In this document: positions 22,894 through 40,528 of the stretch, piece after piece
How positions within the stretch are numbered: the stretch's first letter is position 1
Layout: each line of letters begins with the position of its first letter
Source: Guillardia theta CCMP2712
Taxonomy: Eukaryota; Protista; Cryptophyta
Reading direction: 5' to 3'
Assembly (NCBI RefSeq): GCF_000315625.1
Contig: NW_005434626.1
Location: 1-64,000 of the forward strand
Length of the DNA stretch: 64,000 bases
Notes under the pieces: model-generated
The model's input: the letters and a program-made list of their open reading frames with translations, nothing else
What the model was told of the DNA's origin: nothing
Database searches by the model: none
Made by a program: the position numbers and the translations under genes

Positions 22894-25564
22894 AGCTGCT
22901 GCTGCTGCTGCTGCTGCTGCTCCTTCTCCTGCTCAACATCTCTATCATCTTCATCATTGTCATCGTCGCTCTTTCCTCGGCCTCATGTCTCCTCAAGGCT
23001 CAAGATCGAGTGCGTCCCCCCCGAGCTCAACCCGGAGATGGATTCCTTCCGCGTTGGAACGATGCTCGAGATGGTGAGAGGAAAAGCCGCACGATCTCTT
23101 GCAACCTCCCCCCCCTTCCTGCCTCCCTCCTTCGCTCCCTCGCTCCCTCGCTCCCTCGCTCCCTCGCTCCCTCGCTCCCTCGCTCCCTCCCGCCTGCCTC
23201 CTGCCTCTTCCCTCCCTCGTCTCCTTCACCTCCTTCACTGGATCCCTCCTTCTCTCACCTCCCTCCCTCTGCGCCATCGACTTCTTCCTCCCCTCCGTGT
23301 TCACCTCGACCCTCATTGCATCCTGCCTCCTCCTCCTCCTCCTCCTCTCCTCCTCCTCCTCCTCCTCTCCCTGGCAGATCTCCTCCTCTCACCTCTTCCT
23401 CGTCCTCGTCAGGTGCGGGAGATCGCTATCCGCGTCGGGGTTGTGATGGGGAGGAGAGTCAAAGTTTGCATTCAAGGGTCGCTAGGGGAAGGAATCTTTA
23501 CCGGCATGCCGCTCATGCTCAACGGCATGCGGAGGTTTCCTTGTCCTCACCTTCTCTATCCCGGCTGCTCTTCATGCTCCTCCTGCACTCCTCCTGCTCC
23601 TGCACATTCTGCGCTCCTCCTGCTCCTGCTCCTGCTCCTCCTGCTCTTGTTTTGCGCCTGCTCCTGCTGCTCCTCTTCTCCTATCCTTCGGCTCCTCCTC
23701 CTGCTGCTCGTCTCTTGTTCCTGCTGGTCTTCCTCCTCTCCCGACTTTGTGCTTCCTCCTGATGGCCATTCTCACGCAGGGTGATGGAGAGCATGGACTG
23801 GCAGGCAAGGCCAGGAGAGATGTACGAGGGGCTCCTGATCAATGTGAGGCCAGCATAGCGCATCTCCTCTCCTCCTGTCCCTCCCCTCCCTCTTCCTCCC
23901 TCTCCTCCCATCGTTTCCTCTAACGTTCTCCTGATCTGACTTCCTACTCCTCTCTCTTCCTCCGACCTCCTACTCTTCTCTGCTGCTCCGACCTCCACTC
24001 TCCTCCTTGTCTTCGTGTTTCTTTTTCCCTTGTCCTCCACCCTGAAATCTTCAGTTGTTCTATAACTTGCTTTCCCTCAATTCCTCCTCGTTCCTCTTGA
24101 CAGCGTTTAAAGTAACCTCTCCAGAATCTGGGCTCCTCCTCCTCCTCCTCCTCCTCCTCCTCCTCCTCCTCCGATCTCTCGTTGTCTGCTCCTCCAATAA
24201 TATGTCGTAGGATATCATCAATAGACGAACTGGAGAAATTGCGATTGCTGGTAACAAGGAAGGACGAGTTGCATTTGGAGAGGTAACCTTCTCCTCCTCC
24301 TTCTCCTTCTCCTTCTCCTTCTCCTGCTCCTTCTCCTTCTCCTCCTTCTCCTTCTTCTGCTCCTTCTCCTCCTCTTCCCTCCTCCACCAGCTGCTTCGGC
24401 TCCTCCTCTGCTTGTTGCCCTCATTTTCCTCCCACCCTACTCTACCCCCCTGTCCCTCACCCACCTCCTCTTCTGCAGTCTCATCCTCGACTTCCTCCTC
24501 TTCGATCGCTTCCTCCTCCTACCCGGCATGAACCTCAAACCCTGCGCAGGTGGGCCGGGAGCAAGTCGAGGAGGAGGATGATGTACAACCCCATCTTCCC
24601 TCTCCCTCCGACTCCTGACGGTGACCCCTCTCGTCTCAGGTCTTCATCATCATCGCTCCTCAGAGCATGGTTGGCGCCTCCGTCTACGAGCCCCTCAGTC
24701 AGATGGTGCTTCCGCCCTCCCTTCCCCTCCTGCGCTCTCACCCGTCTCCCCTGCCCCATCCTGCCCCCCCCCGCGTTCCCCCTTCCCCTCTCCTCCTTGT
24801 AGCATCTCAAAGTGGCGGCAGGTGGAGGCTGCTGGGCCCAAGAGGACCGTCATCCTCATCAACCCGCGCTTGAAGGATCGTCCCAGCTCCGGTGACTCTC
24901 CTCCGCCTCTGCTTCCGCTCTCTCTCTTCCATCGCACTGCCTCTTGTTCCTTCACCTCCTCCTGCTTGTCCCCTGTGTCCTCGTCCTGCTCATCCTCCAC
25001 CGCATCATCGCATGCGTCTCCCCCTCCTCCGCCCGCCCTCCTCACTTCCTCCCCACAGGCAACGTCATGTCTGTCCAAGGAAGATCTCAGCGGATCGCGT
25101 TTGCCGCCTCCTTCCGCGAGATCTTTCACTTCCGCCTCCTCTACACCGGGTTTGAGCTCTGCTCCCTGCCTCTGCTCCTACCTCTCCCCTCCTCCTCCCC
25201 TACCTCCTCCTCCTCCCTTCGTCTTCCTCCACCTGACCTCTCAGCAGTACGACTTTCATGTTCCCCATCCAAGGAGCCTTGCGAATGAACATGGCAAACT
25301 CGCCGTTCTGGACCTTATTCAAGAGAGAAACAACGACTACACCCGACGAACGCACCGGCGAATCCTACCAGGTGGCTCCTGCTCCTGCCGAATCAGCTCC
25401 TCCTGCTCCCTGCTCCCTGCTCCCTGCTCCCTGCTCCTTTAACACTATACTCATAACGTCACTTCCTCCTCTACCTCCTCTGACCTCCTTGATTCTAGCC
25501 CATTGCTGTCTTTGCTGAGGAGCCCAAGACGGAGGCGATAACCAACATGATGAACGGGGACTGA
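19983..25564 (+). CDS. Plastid-targeted DUF1995 protein similar to the C-terminal domain of plant chloroplast adenylate kinase 5, with an upstream DUF2470-like segment (many exons)
   Basis: Presequence MISRGVLCLVCLSMSAHA|FAP is ASAFAP-like. Exons LNEIPCNTEIREWFYRDV, LKIECVPPELNPEMDSFRVGTMLEMV, RVKVCIQGSLGEGIFTGMPLML, MESMDW, FIIIAPQSMVG, VILINPRLKDRPSSGNVMSVQGR, EIFHFRLLY, FPIQGALR match the AK5/DUF1995 consensus as I recall it. A single gene from 19983 is inferred. Confidence 0.8.
22773..22920. repeat. (CTG)n microsatellite of about 49 units inside an intron
   Basis: Directly visible, with few interruptions. Confidence 0.95.
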
Positions 25565-25719
25565 GGATATATCCCTACGTAGCCTTCGCTCAGCAGCATC
25601 CAACCAGCAAAGTAAATTTACAAGAAGTGAGAACAAAAGATATGATGAGAGGGTGAAGCTGCAGCTAACCAACCAGACACCTCCCTGCTACCTCCAACAT
25701 TTCGTTCCATCGTCGCCAT

Positions 25720-25840
25720 TCAAACACTCCAACGAGGAGCAACAGCCTGGTACATGTCGTCCGGGCAGTACTCGTACGAGCCGTAGTTCCCGTGGGGCAG
25801 GGGATCGTGCGGCTTCAGCTTGTGCCAGTCAACCTTCTCA
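25720..25840 (-). CDS. Possible last exon of a small gene whose 5' part lies in or near the gap
   Basis: Non-repetitive VDWHKLKPHDPLPHGNYGSYEYCPDDMYQAVAPRWSV* after an AG acceptor. Confidence 0.3.
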
Positions 25841-26957
25841 TGCTGGCAGGAGATGGTCAACATCGGTGTGAGCAACTGAAGGGTTGAAGTCAGATCATGA
25901 CAGCATGGAGGTCCGGCGATGAGATGAGCGCGGAAGAATTCAAGTGAGAGAGAAATCAAACAGGAGGCAGAGGAGGAAGTGAGGAACCAAGAAGGGAGTG
26001 AAGGAACAAGGTAGAGAGAGGGCAGGGGAGGAGAGCNNNNNNNNNNNNNNNNNNNNNNNNNNNNNNNNNNNNNNNNNNNNNNNNNNNNNNNNNNNNNNNN
26101 NNNNNNNNNNNNNNNNNNNNNNNNNNNNNNNNNNNNNNNNNNNNNNNNNNNNNNNNNNNNNNNNNNNNNNNNNNNNNNNNNNNNNNNNNNNNNNNNNNNN
26201 NNNNNNNNNNNNNNNNNNNNNNNNNNNNNNNNNNNNNNNNNNNNNNNNNNNNNNNNNNNNNNNNNNNNNNNNNATGAACTCACTGGAACGAGCATTGCTA
26301 CGAAAGGGTACTTCAGGGAGCAGACCACCCCACCCTCAAAATGCCTTCGATGTACCCCCTGTTGCCCATATTCAGCACCATCCTCATCCTACACCCCTTG
26401 ATACTACATTCAAATGACCCCTCCTTTACCATCAATGTTTTAAAATTGAAAATCTTGCTGAATTTTTGTATTGAGAAATGTATCTAAATTTACAAAATTT
26501 GTATGAACATGGTCAAATGTGGGATAAAGGGTTCAAGTACTTTAAAATTAGTAAAACTCTGTAGAATATGAATACTTGAATACTAAAACCACTTTTAAGA
26601 CTATAAGTAGTTATTTTTGTACCGATGTTATGTAAAAGGTTTTAAAGGGCGTGCGGGAGGACGAAGCACGCGGAAGGGAGGACAGAGGGAGGAAAGGAGG
26701 GAGGAATGGAGGGAGGAGGGTGGGAGGGAGGAGGAGGGAGGGGGAGGAGGGGGGGGGAGGAGGGAGTTGAAGGAGAAGATCGGGTTGGTTGCTAGAACAA
26801 CTTCATTGCAAAGCACTGCCAGTCACACCTCACTGATGCACTTCTCGCACAGGAAGCAACCCCTCGGGCTGAGCGGCGACTTCGGAGCATGCAAGAGCAG
26901 AACTGACAAGGGATCGGAAGACATTCATTCACTTGGGCAGAACGGGATACCACGACG

Positions 26958-28574
26958 ATGACCACAATGGGGGACACCATAGAAACTGCGCACATCATGA
27001 AGCTTGTGCAGTGCTACTTAGAGGATTGCAAGCTCGACATCACGCAGAAGACGCTTGAGAAGGAGCTGCAGAAGAAGTTCCCCGAAGTCTCGGCTCTGCT
27101 AGCACAAAACGAGAGGTGATATTTTGCTCCAAGCATCGCATGCCTGTGACGCAGCACCGGACAGGCCAGAGAAATTTTACCTGCAAGAGTTGATCAGGAG
27201 AGCGGGGGACGGCTCAGATGCCAAAGACGGTGAGCGGGACGAGAACATGGGCTCTCAAGAAGAAGAGGGTTCCAGGGCTTATTCAGACGACCAGAGCGAG
27301 GACGAGAAAGGACTGCTGGGGGAGCTGGGGCTGGAGGAGGAGAGCGAGGACGAAGACAACCCTAAAGCAGGAGGGAATCCAGGCGATTCCCAAGAGGGGC
27401 CGGACGAGGAGAAGAAGGTGACGAGGTCCAAGGCTGAACCAGGACGAGCTAAAGATCGAGCTAATGACAAGGGCGAACCTGGCGGCGAGCCTGCCAAACG
27501 GAAGGAGCGCGCAGCCGATAGAAATGCGAGCGTCAGAAACGAACCCAGGCGTAGAAATGCAGGAGACAATCGCACGGCGCCAACCAGGCCCAGGAATGAT
27601 CGCGATAGGTCAAGAGAAAGAGAACGGAGAGAGGAACGAGCTGTAAGGCAGCCTGGTCCTCGGCCAGATCGTAGGGAGCTGCCTCAGGGAGATCGAGTGC
27701 CCGTAGAGGATCTAAATCGAAAGGAAAGGCATCAAGAGGAGGGTCATCGTAATGCTGAAAATCGACGAAGGGAAAACGACAATCGTAGAGATACCGAATC
27801 CCGTGGATCATCGTCAAGCTTTGAGGCGCATGCTGCCCCCCGGCATGCCCAAGGGCGCCGCAGCCCACCCCGCCCGACCCCCGATCGGCAAGATCATTGG
27901 CACAATCCCAACGCAAGAGAGCGACTTCGTGAAACTCATGGGTCAACTGAACCGAATGAGCAACCAAATCAGTCCCGAGATAACCAGGGTGTGCGCTCGG
28001 GGAGCGATGATAGGATGGCAGATACCAGGGATGCGATGCTGAATGGACAGGAGGTGGAGGACAGGTCTGAACGTGCGAACAGGGGAATGACTCCACGAGA
28101 ACCTGGAAATCGTGAGTTTGCTGACCGAGAGTCCTCTGGGTATGGAGAATCGCCTCGCAGACCGCCTGCTCCATCAGAGAATCCTGAAGAAGTTCCGAAG
28201 GACAAAAACGCTCCCGTTTGGCGAGACCGAGTTGCTGCTGACAAAGATGTTCGAGAACGTGACCGTAACAGAGATGACAGACAGGGCGAGCGAAGAAGAG
28301 CCCTTGACCGTGAGAGTGACAGTGACCGGGAAAGGTTAAATAGAGCAAGAGGAATTGATAGGGACCGGGAGCCGCCGGTAGACCGGGACCGAGATCGGAT
28401 GCGGACCATGGACAGGGACCGGGAGCCGCCGATAGACCGGGATCGGGACAGGCTGAGGCCCATGGACAGGGACCGGCAGCCGCCGATAGACCGGGACCAG
28501 GGATCGGGATGCGGCCCATGGACAGGCCGGCCGGGAGCCGCCGGTAGACAGGGACAGGGACCGGGTGCGGCCAT
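26958..28574 (+). CDS. LisH-motif protein with a long acidic and RD/RE-rich region, truncated by an assembly gap
   Basis: Exon 1 contains IMKLVQCYLEDCKLDITQKTLEKE (LisH-like). A short intron near 27116 is followed by an exon of more than 1.4 kb of charged low-complexity sequence. Confidence 0.65.
28362..28574 (+). repeat. 54-bp coding tandem repeat (DREPPVDRDRDRMRTMDR), about 4 copies running into the gap
   Basis: Unit gaccgggagccgccggtagaccgggaccgagatcggatgcggaccatggacagg recurs with variants. Confidence 0.85.
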
Positions 28575-29429
28575 NNNNNNNNNNNNNNNNNNNNNNNNNN
28601 NNNNNNNNNNNNNNNNNNNNNNNNNNNNNNNNNNNNNNNNNNNNNNNNNNNNNNNNNNNNNNNNNNNNNNNNNNCCCCTCCCCCCCCTTCCTCCCTTCCT
28701 CCCTGCCCCCCCCCCCCCCCCCCCCCCCTCTATGTCCCCCCCCCTGACATCTTTCCCTTCTATCTCCTGCTCTCCTTCAACGCATTGCTCACACTCACGC
28801 TAGTCTTGTTATCTCCTCTCGCCCACTTGACCGCCTTCTGCCATGACACAATTTCGCCACCAAAATGCGCCTTTGGTCACCATCACCCCTCCGGCCACAA
28901 AGTCTCGTTTATCATCACCTCGGCATGTCCGCCCTTACATTCGATGCGCCCATTTGCTCTCCTCGCCCTACCTGCCTTTTACACTAGCTGGCAATGCCGC
29001 AACAAGGCAACAACTCAATTCGTCCAGCATGCTGCCTTGTCTTTGAGGTTTCAACTCCGTCGTTGACTTGCTTTACTTGACACTCCCTCCTCTTGTCAGT
29101 CACGTCCATGACCTCGCTGCCATCATTCATCTCATGTTGCTCCATTGGTTCCGAGCCATCATTCTGTTTGTTTTCCTTCTGTTGCCGTTGATCCTCTTCC
29201 CGCATGTGAAAGCTCCTGCTCCTGCTCCTGCTCCTGATTCCTAGAATGGCTCTTGGTGTCTCAATGCTTCCATCGCTTTCTGACCACAAACTTGCTTCAT
29301 ATCTACAATGTTGCTCTGTCTTGTCGAAAATCTTCATTGTCAATCTCTATCAAATCTTCATTATGAACCTCTATGCCTGACCCTCTGCTAGAATATGCAG
29401 CGATTTCTGTCATGCCCCTGTTTGCACTC

Positions 29430-30269
29430 ATGGGTTCTGATGTTCCTCTAAGGACTGGATCTATTTTGAAAATCGACGGAGCTTGAGCTTGTAATTTTTT
29501 TGGTTTCCTGCAACCTTGTCTTGGTACAATGTAAGTTGCCTTCTAATCTTGTGTGGGAGCTGACCGCAAAGCAATAGAATGAGTGAAAAGGACCATCATG
29601 TCAAGTGGGATGAAACCAACTTGGAGTACAACGAGCAGAACAAGTGTGCAACTATGAAAATTGACGAACCGCCTACTCCTTTTAACTTCGAATATTGCGA
29701 AGATGAAGTGGATGAAGAGCATGGTTCGACCCTGACCTGTTCTTTCCTTTTGCCTCTGACCTGATTCAACACTCTATCAGCAGCCAAAGCATCCTTGTCT
29801 TTTGCCGACCAGTGGAAGCGCGAGGGGATGGATGAGATTATCAACGACCCGGAGAAGTTGAAACCGTCGTTTGAAGCCTCGGAACCAAGTGAGGCAATTG
29901 GGATGTGGAGGGGCTTGCCTCTTACTGGTCTATACAGCCGAGGAAGACCTTGCGGAGAAGAAGAAGAAATTCGAAGAGATTCGCAAAGAGCACTATCGGA
30001 TCAAGAATCCGCTCGCAAATCATGTTCAATTCAACGAAGACAACAATGAAGAGCACGAGGTAGAGGATGAGAAACAAGGTGAGCTTCTTGTTCGCCCATG
30101 GTCGAATGACGTGCCGGCTTCAGAAGAGGAGGATGCTGAGACCAAGCACGAACTCTTCGTCAAGAAAAGGAAGGCGTTCTATGCCGAACAAGACCGTGAA
30201 GCAGCTGAGCGAGCCAAGGCCATGGAAGCTGACGGAATGGCCTCCGAGGACTCCGAGGGGAATGACTGA
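29430..30269 (+). CDS. PPP1R2: Protein phosphatase 1 inhibitor-2 (IPP-2/GLC8 family), multi-exon
   Basis: SILK motif (MGSDVPLRTGSILK), HVKWDE, MKIDEPPTPF (IDEPKTPY phospho-Thr motif) and KKKFEEIRKEHY helix. Confidence 0.9.
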
Positions 30270-31219
30270 AGTTTGAAGAAGCTTATACGGTACATGTCTA
30301 GGTATACACGATTGAGAAGCTCGTGTGGAATCATGTACTGCTAAACCGACGGACAGCCGCAAGCTTTCGACTGTCTCNNNNNNNNNNNNNNNNNNNNNNN
30401 NNNNNNNNNNNNNNNNNNNNNNNNNNNNNNNNNNNNNNNNNNNNNNNNNNNNNNNNNNNNNNNNNNNNNNNNNNNNNNNNNNNNNNNNNNNNNNNNNNNN
30501 NNNNNNNNNNNNNNNNNNNNNNNNNNNNNNNNNNNNNNNNNNNNNNNNNNNNNNNNNNNNNNNNNNNNNNNNNNNNNNNNNNNNNNNNNNNNNNNNNNNN
30601 NNNNNNNNNNNNNNNNNNNNNNNNNNNNNNNNNNNNNNNNNNNNNNNNNNNNNNNNNNNNNNNNNNNNNNNNNNNNNNNNNNNNNNNNNNNNNNNNNNNN
30701 NNNNNNNNNNNNNNNNNNNNNNNNNNNNNNNNNNNNNNNNNNNNNNNNNNNNNNNNNNNNNNNNNNNNNNNNNNNNNNNNNNNNNNNNNNNNNNNNNNNN
30801 NNNNNNNNNNNNNNNNNNNNNNNNNNNNNNNNNNNNNNNNNNNNNNNNNNNNNNNNNNNNNNNNNNNNNNNNNNNNNNNNNNNNNNNNNNNNNNNNNNNN
30901 NNNNNNNNNNNNNNNNNNNNNNNNNNNNNNNNNNNNNNNNNNNNNNNNNNNNNNNNNNNNNNNNNNNNNNNNNNNNNNNNNNNNNNNNNNNNNNNNNNNN
31001 NNNNNNNNNNNNNNNNNNNNNNNNNNNNNNNNNNNNNNNNNNNNNNNNNNNNNNNNNNNNNNNNNNNNNNNNNNNNNNNNNNNNNNNNNNNNNNNNNNNN
31101 NNNNNNNNNNNNNNNNNNNNNNNNNNNNNNNNNNNNNNNNNNNNNNNNNNNNNNNNNNNNNNNNNNNNNNNNNNNNNNNNNNNNNNNNNNNNNNNNNNNN
31201 NNNNNNNNNNNNNNNNNNC

Positions 31220-31740
31220 ATATAGGGGGTGCAAGTTTTACAGGGGGGTAGGGGTACTCCACAAGAGCTTTATGGGGTGCAACAAGGAAGGATACCTCTG
31301 TACCGGTAGATTGTAGGGGAAAATAAGGGTGGTATCTGATGGCGGAATCGTAGAAGGGTGTACCCCTGCCTTGTTAAACAGATGAGGTAGGGTGGAGTAA
31401 AACCTGCATGATCACTGAGAAAATGGGGGGTGATGAGAAGAGGCTTGCAGGGGTGGGGGGTTAAGATAAGTGCTGAGCGAAGGGGTGGGGTTATAATACG
31501 GTAGTGGTCACCTCCGCTTTGAATGTAGGGAATGGGATAACAATAGTAAAAGCGGGTAGGGTGGGGCTATGGAGAACCGTGGGTGGGAGGTCCTGGACAA
31601 TATCTGATTCATGTGACCTCAAGGTTGGATATTTGTAATGTGTACCCATAGAAAAACAGGGATGGGTATTCACCTCACCCCTCATGGGACAAAGGGCCTG
31701 CAACCCCACCTCTCACCATCAGACCCCCCTACCCCTGAGT
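31220..31740. promoter_or_regulatory. GGGGT/ACCCC-rich island upstream of lpxC
   Basis: Dense ggggt, gggta and taccc words, no real ORF. Confidence 0.35.
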
Positions 31741-31918
31741 GAAATGCTGACTCCGAGATATTGAAGATTTCCGTCTATTTGTGAATCGATGTCCTTTTGA
31801 AGCGTTTCGCAATATGGGTGAATGTTGAATGAAAGGAAATAGCTAATTCATTTATCCTATAAACGATTTATCTGTCTTGTTTTTATCTCTGGTTTAGTTT
31901 TAAGATAACCTGAAGGAA

Positions 31919-32917
31919 ATGCGGAGAGCATGGCAGCGTACCGTGAAGGCAGCGATGGCGTGGGAGGGGCAGGGACTTCATGGGGGAGAGCGAGCGCGCA
32001 TGGTGGTGCACCCGGCAGCAGGAAACGCAGGGATTCTCATCCAGGGCATTAGAGCATCTTGGGAGAGCGTCGTGGACACTTCGCTGTCCGTTACCCTGGG
32101 GCAACCCCCGAAAAACGGCTTGCAGCGAACCCTGGCAGCAGCAGGGGTGTGGATCAGTCGAGGAGGAGCTCAAACTCTTGGGCATCTTCTTTCAGGACCG
32201 ACTGTCTCCACTGTTGAACACTTGATGGCAGCGCTGTCCGGGTGTGGGGTAGACAACGCAAGGGTAGAGGTGAGTGGAGGGGAGGTTCCGATCATGGATG
32301 GGTCTGCGAAGGAGTTTGTGAGCATGCTGAAGGACAACGTCGTTGAACTGCCTGAGTTTGAGCGAAGATGGATAGTGGTGGAGAAGGAAGTCATTGTCGA
32401 CGATGGCCATGGGAGGATGGCGATGCTTTCACCACCGAGCCATGCAGAGAGGAGCAGGGGATCGCTGAGACTCCATGTAGAGGTCAACTATGATGAGAAG
32501 TTCGAGCAAGGGGCAGGAGTGACATCTGAAGGAGAAGGAGCGGGAGGTGCGGGAGGATGGAGGGGCAGATGGGGAGGGTCGCGGGTCTTCGAGTTCGAGC
32601 GAGAGGAATTCGAGGGTGTAGCGAGCGCAAGGACGTTCTGCTTCCACCAGGACGTCGAGCAGATGAGGAGGATGGGGCTAGCAAGGGGAGGCTCCCTGCT
32701 GAACGCAGTCGTGTTCAAGGGAGGAGAGGTTATGAACGAGGAAGGGCTCCGCTTCCCCGATGAGATGGTCAGACACAAGGCCCTGGACGCCCTCGGGGAT
32801 CTCTCGCTAGGAGGGAGGCTGGTGGGGAGGTACCAGTCGGTCAAGGCCGGGCACGGGATCAACGTGCAGCTGCTCAGGAAGCTCTTTGCGTCAGGGGAGA
32901 ACTACCGCTGCGCATGA
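31919..32917 (+). CDS. lpxC: UDP-3-O-acyl-N-acetylglucosamine deacetylase
   Basis: QRTVK...GQGLHGG, VSTVEHLMAAL.G.GVDN, EVPIMDGSA, ARTF, LARGGSLLNAVV, LRFPDEMVRHKALDALGDL (Zn-binding HKxxD), KAGH. Single intronless ORF. Confidence 0.95.
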   Translation: MRRAWQRTVKAAMAWEGQGLHGGERARMVVHPAAGNAGILIQGIRASWESVVDTSLSVTLGQPPKNGLQRTLAAAGVWISRGGAQTLGHLLSGPTVSTVEHLMAALSGCGVDNARVEVSGGEVPIMDGSAKEFVSMLKDNVVELPEFERRWIVVEKEVIVDDGHGRMAMLSPPSHAERSRGSLRLHVEVNYDEKFEQGAGVTSEGEGAGGAGGWRGRWGGSRVFEFEREEFEGVASARTFCFHQDVEQMRRMGLARGGSLLNAVVFKGGEVMNEEGLRFPDEMVRHKALDALGDLSLGGRLVGRYQSVKAGHGINVQLLRKLFASGENYRCA

Positions 32918-33122
32918 CTGAGATGTGAGATGGGGTAAGAGTGGAGGACAGGCTGGGTTGAGGGGAGGAGTTGTGATGGGAATGAAGGGAAGGGAGGGGA
33001 AGAGAGATTAGAAGAGAATCGATGAAAATGGGGGAGGAAGGGGAGTGGAGCGGAGGGAAGGGAAGGGAAGGGAAGGGAGGCGGATATCTGTGGAGGCACG
33101 TATTTATTAAAACGTGAGGGTG

Positions 33123-39530
<6,408 letters not shown>

Positions 39531-39559
39531 CCCGCCGCTGGAAGTCCCCGACAATGTCC

Positions 39560-39770
39560 CGGTGAGTACTAGCCGCGCCGGGTGGCGCCGGGGTCCCCGG
39601 CCCAGTGCCGGGCGCCGCGGGCCGCGCCGCGGGCCCGATCCGAGCGGATCGAATCACCGTGACCGTGACTCAGTGAGTCCGGGCCCCGGCCCGGACTCCG
39701 GAATCAGACGGTACGGTCAGCCTGAGTGACGGGGGCCGGGACTCGACGATGGGGGCGGCTTCTACGCGGG
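39560..39770. promoter_or_regulatory. GC-rich palindromic island immediately upstream of PGAP1
   Basis: ccggg and gcgc arrays, a gactc-agt-gagtc hairpin, acggtacggtca. Confidence 0.4.
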
Positions 39771-40528
39771 ATGGCGAACTCGGAAGGGGACGACATTCCA
39801 TGCATTTTCTGATGCTCGCTTTTGATCATTTTCGAGCGGGGTACCTCAGCCCAGGATTTTTGAATGGTCGGCGCACTGAACTTCCGAAAATTTGTACCAG
39901 AAACTTCGATAATGGTTGAAAGTATGTTTGAATCGGGGACCGTGTCGAGCAGTTTTAGGTTTACAAGTATTCTTGCTTCCTCCAAACAACAAGGTTTCAA
40001 ACATTAAAACTATTTTTGACCTTACACGCTTTTACACGCCTGGGGGGTGCATATACAACCAAATCGCCTGCCCTACCCTTCCCCCATTACCGTGCACTGT
40101 CCGCACCCGCCGGCGCAGGCGGCGTTTGTTTGAATCCCAGATGGCTCTCAGCCAATGGCTCTTTCATCGTATTCAAGCTCCAGGTTGGATCATGTGTGAA
40201 TGTTTGTACTTTTTGCGGCATACTGCAAGACGACGTTTCAAACAGCTCGAGCTTGTTTTTCAAAGGAAGCTGTAGGAATCAGCATCGCCATGGATTCCAG
40301 AGCCTAGGGCTGTTTTCGCCGTCAATCCTTTTGATGCTCCGAGCATTGCAAGATGGAGACTTGCTCGTTTTTGGTGATCAAGCATCCACAACCCTCTTTC
40401 GTATGATTGAGCTTCGAGCACATCTCTGACTGTAGAGTTGTTTGGTGTCAAGATTGTTTCTCGTAAAGGATCTCTCTGATTAGGCAATTGATTGTTGTTT
40501 TAGTTGGCATTCTACAAGACCCTTACTT

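Noticed and set aside
22720-23784. Poly-Cys and poly-Leu ORFs of 354 and 329 aa
   Set aside because: Stop-free read-through of intronic CTG/CCT microsatellites; only the embedded DUF1995 exons are real.
30120-31262. ORFs of about 300 aa made of X
   Set aside because: Artefacts of the N gap.
31919-32917. lpxC as bacterial contamination
   Set aside because: Contiguous with intron-rich PGAP1, carries host-like GGA-rich sequence, and has no operon neighbours such as ftsZ.
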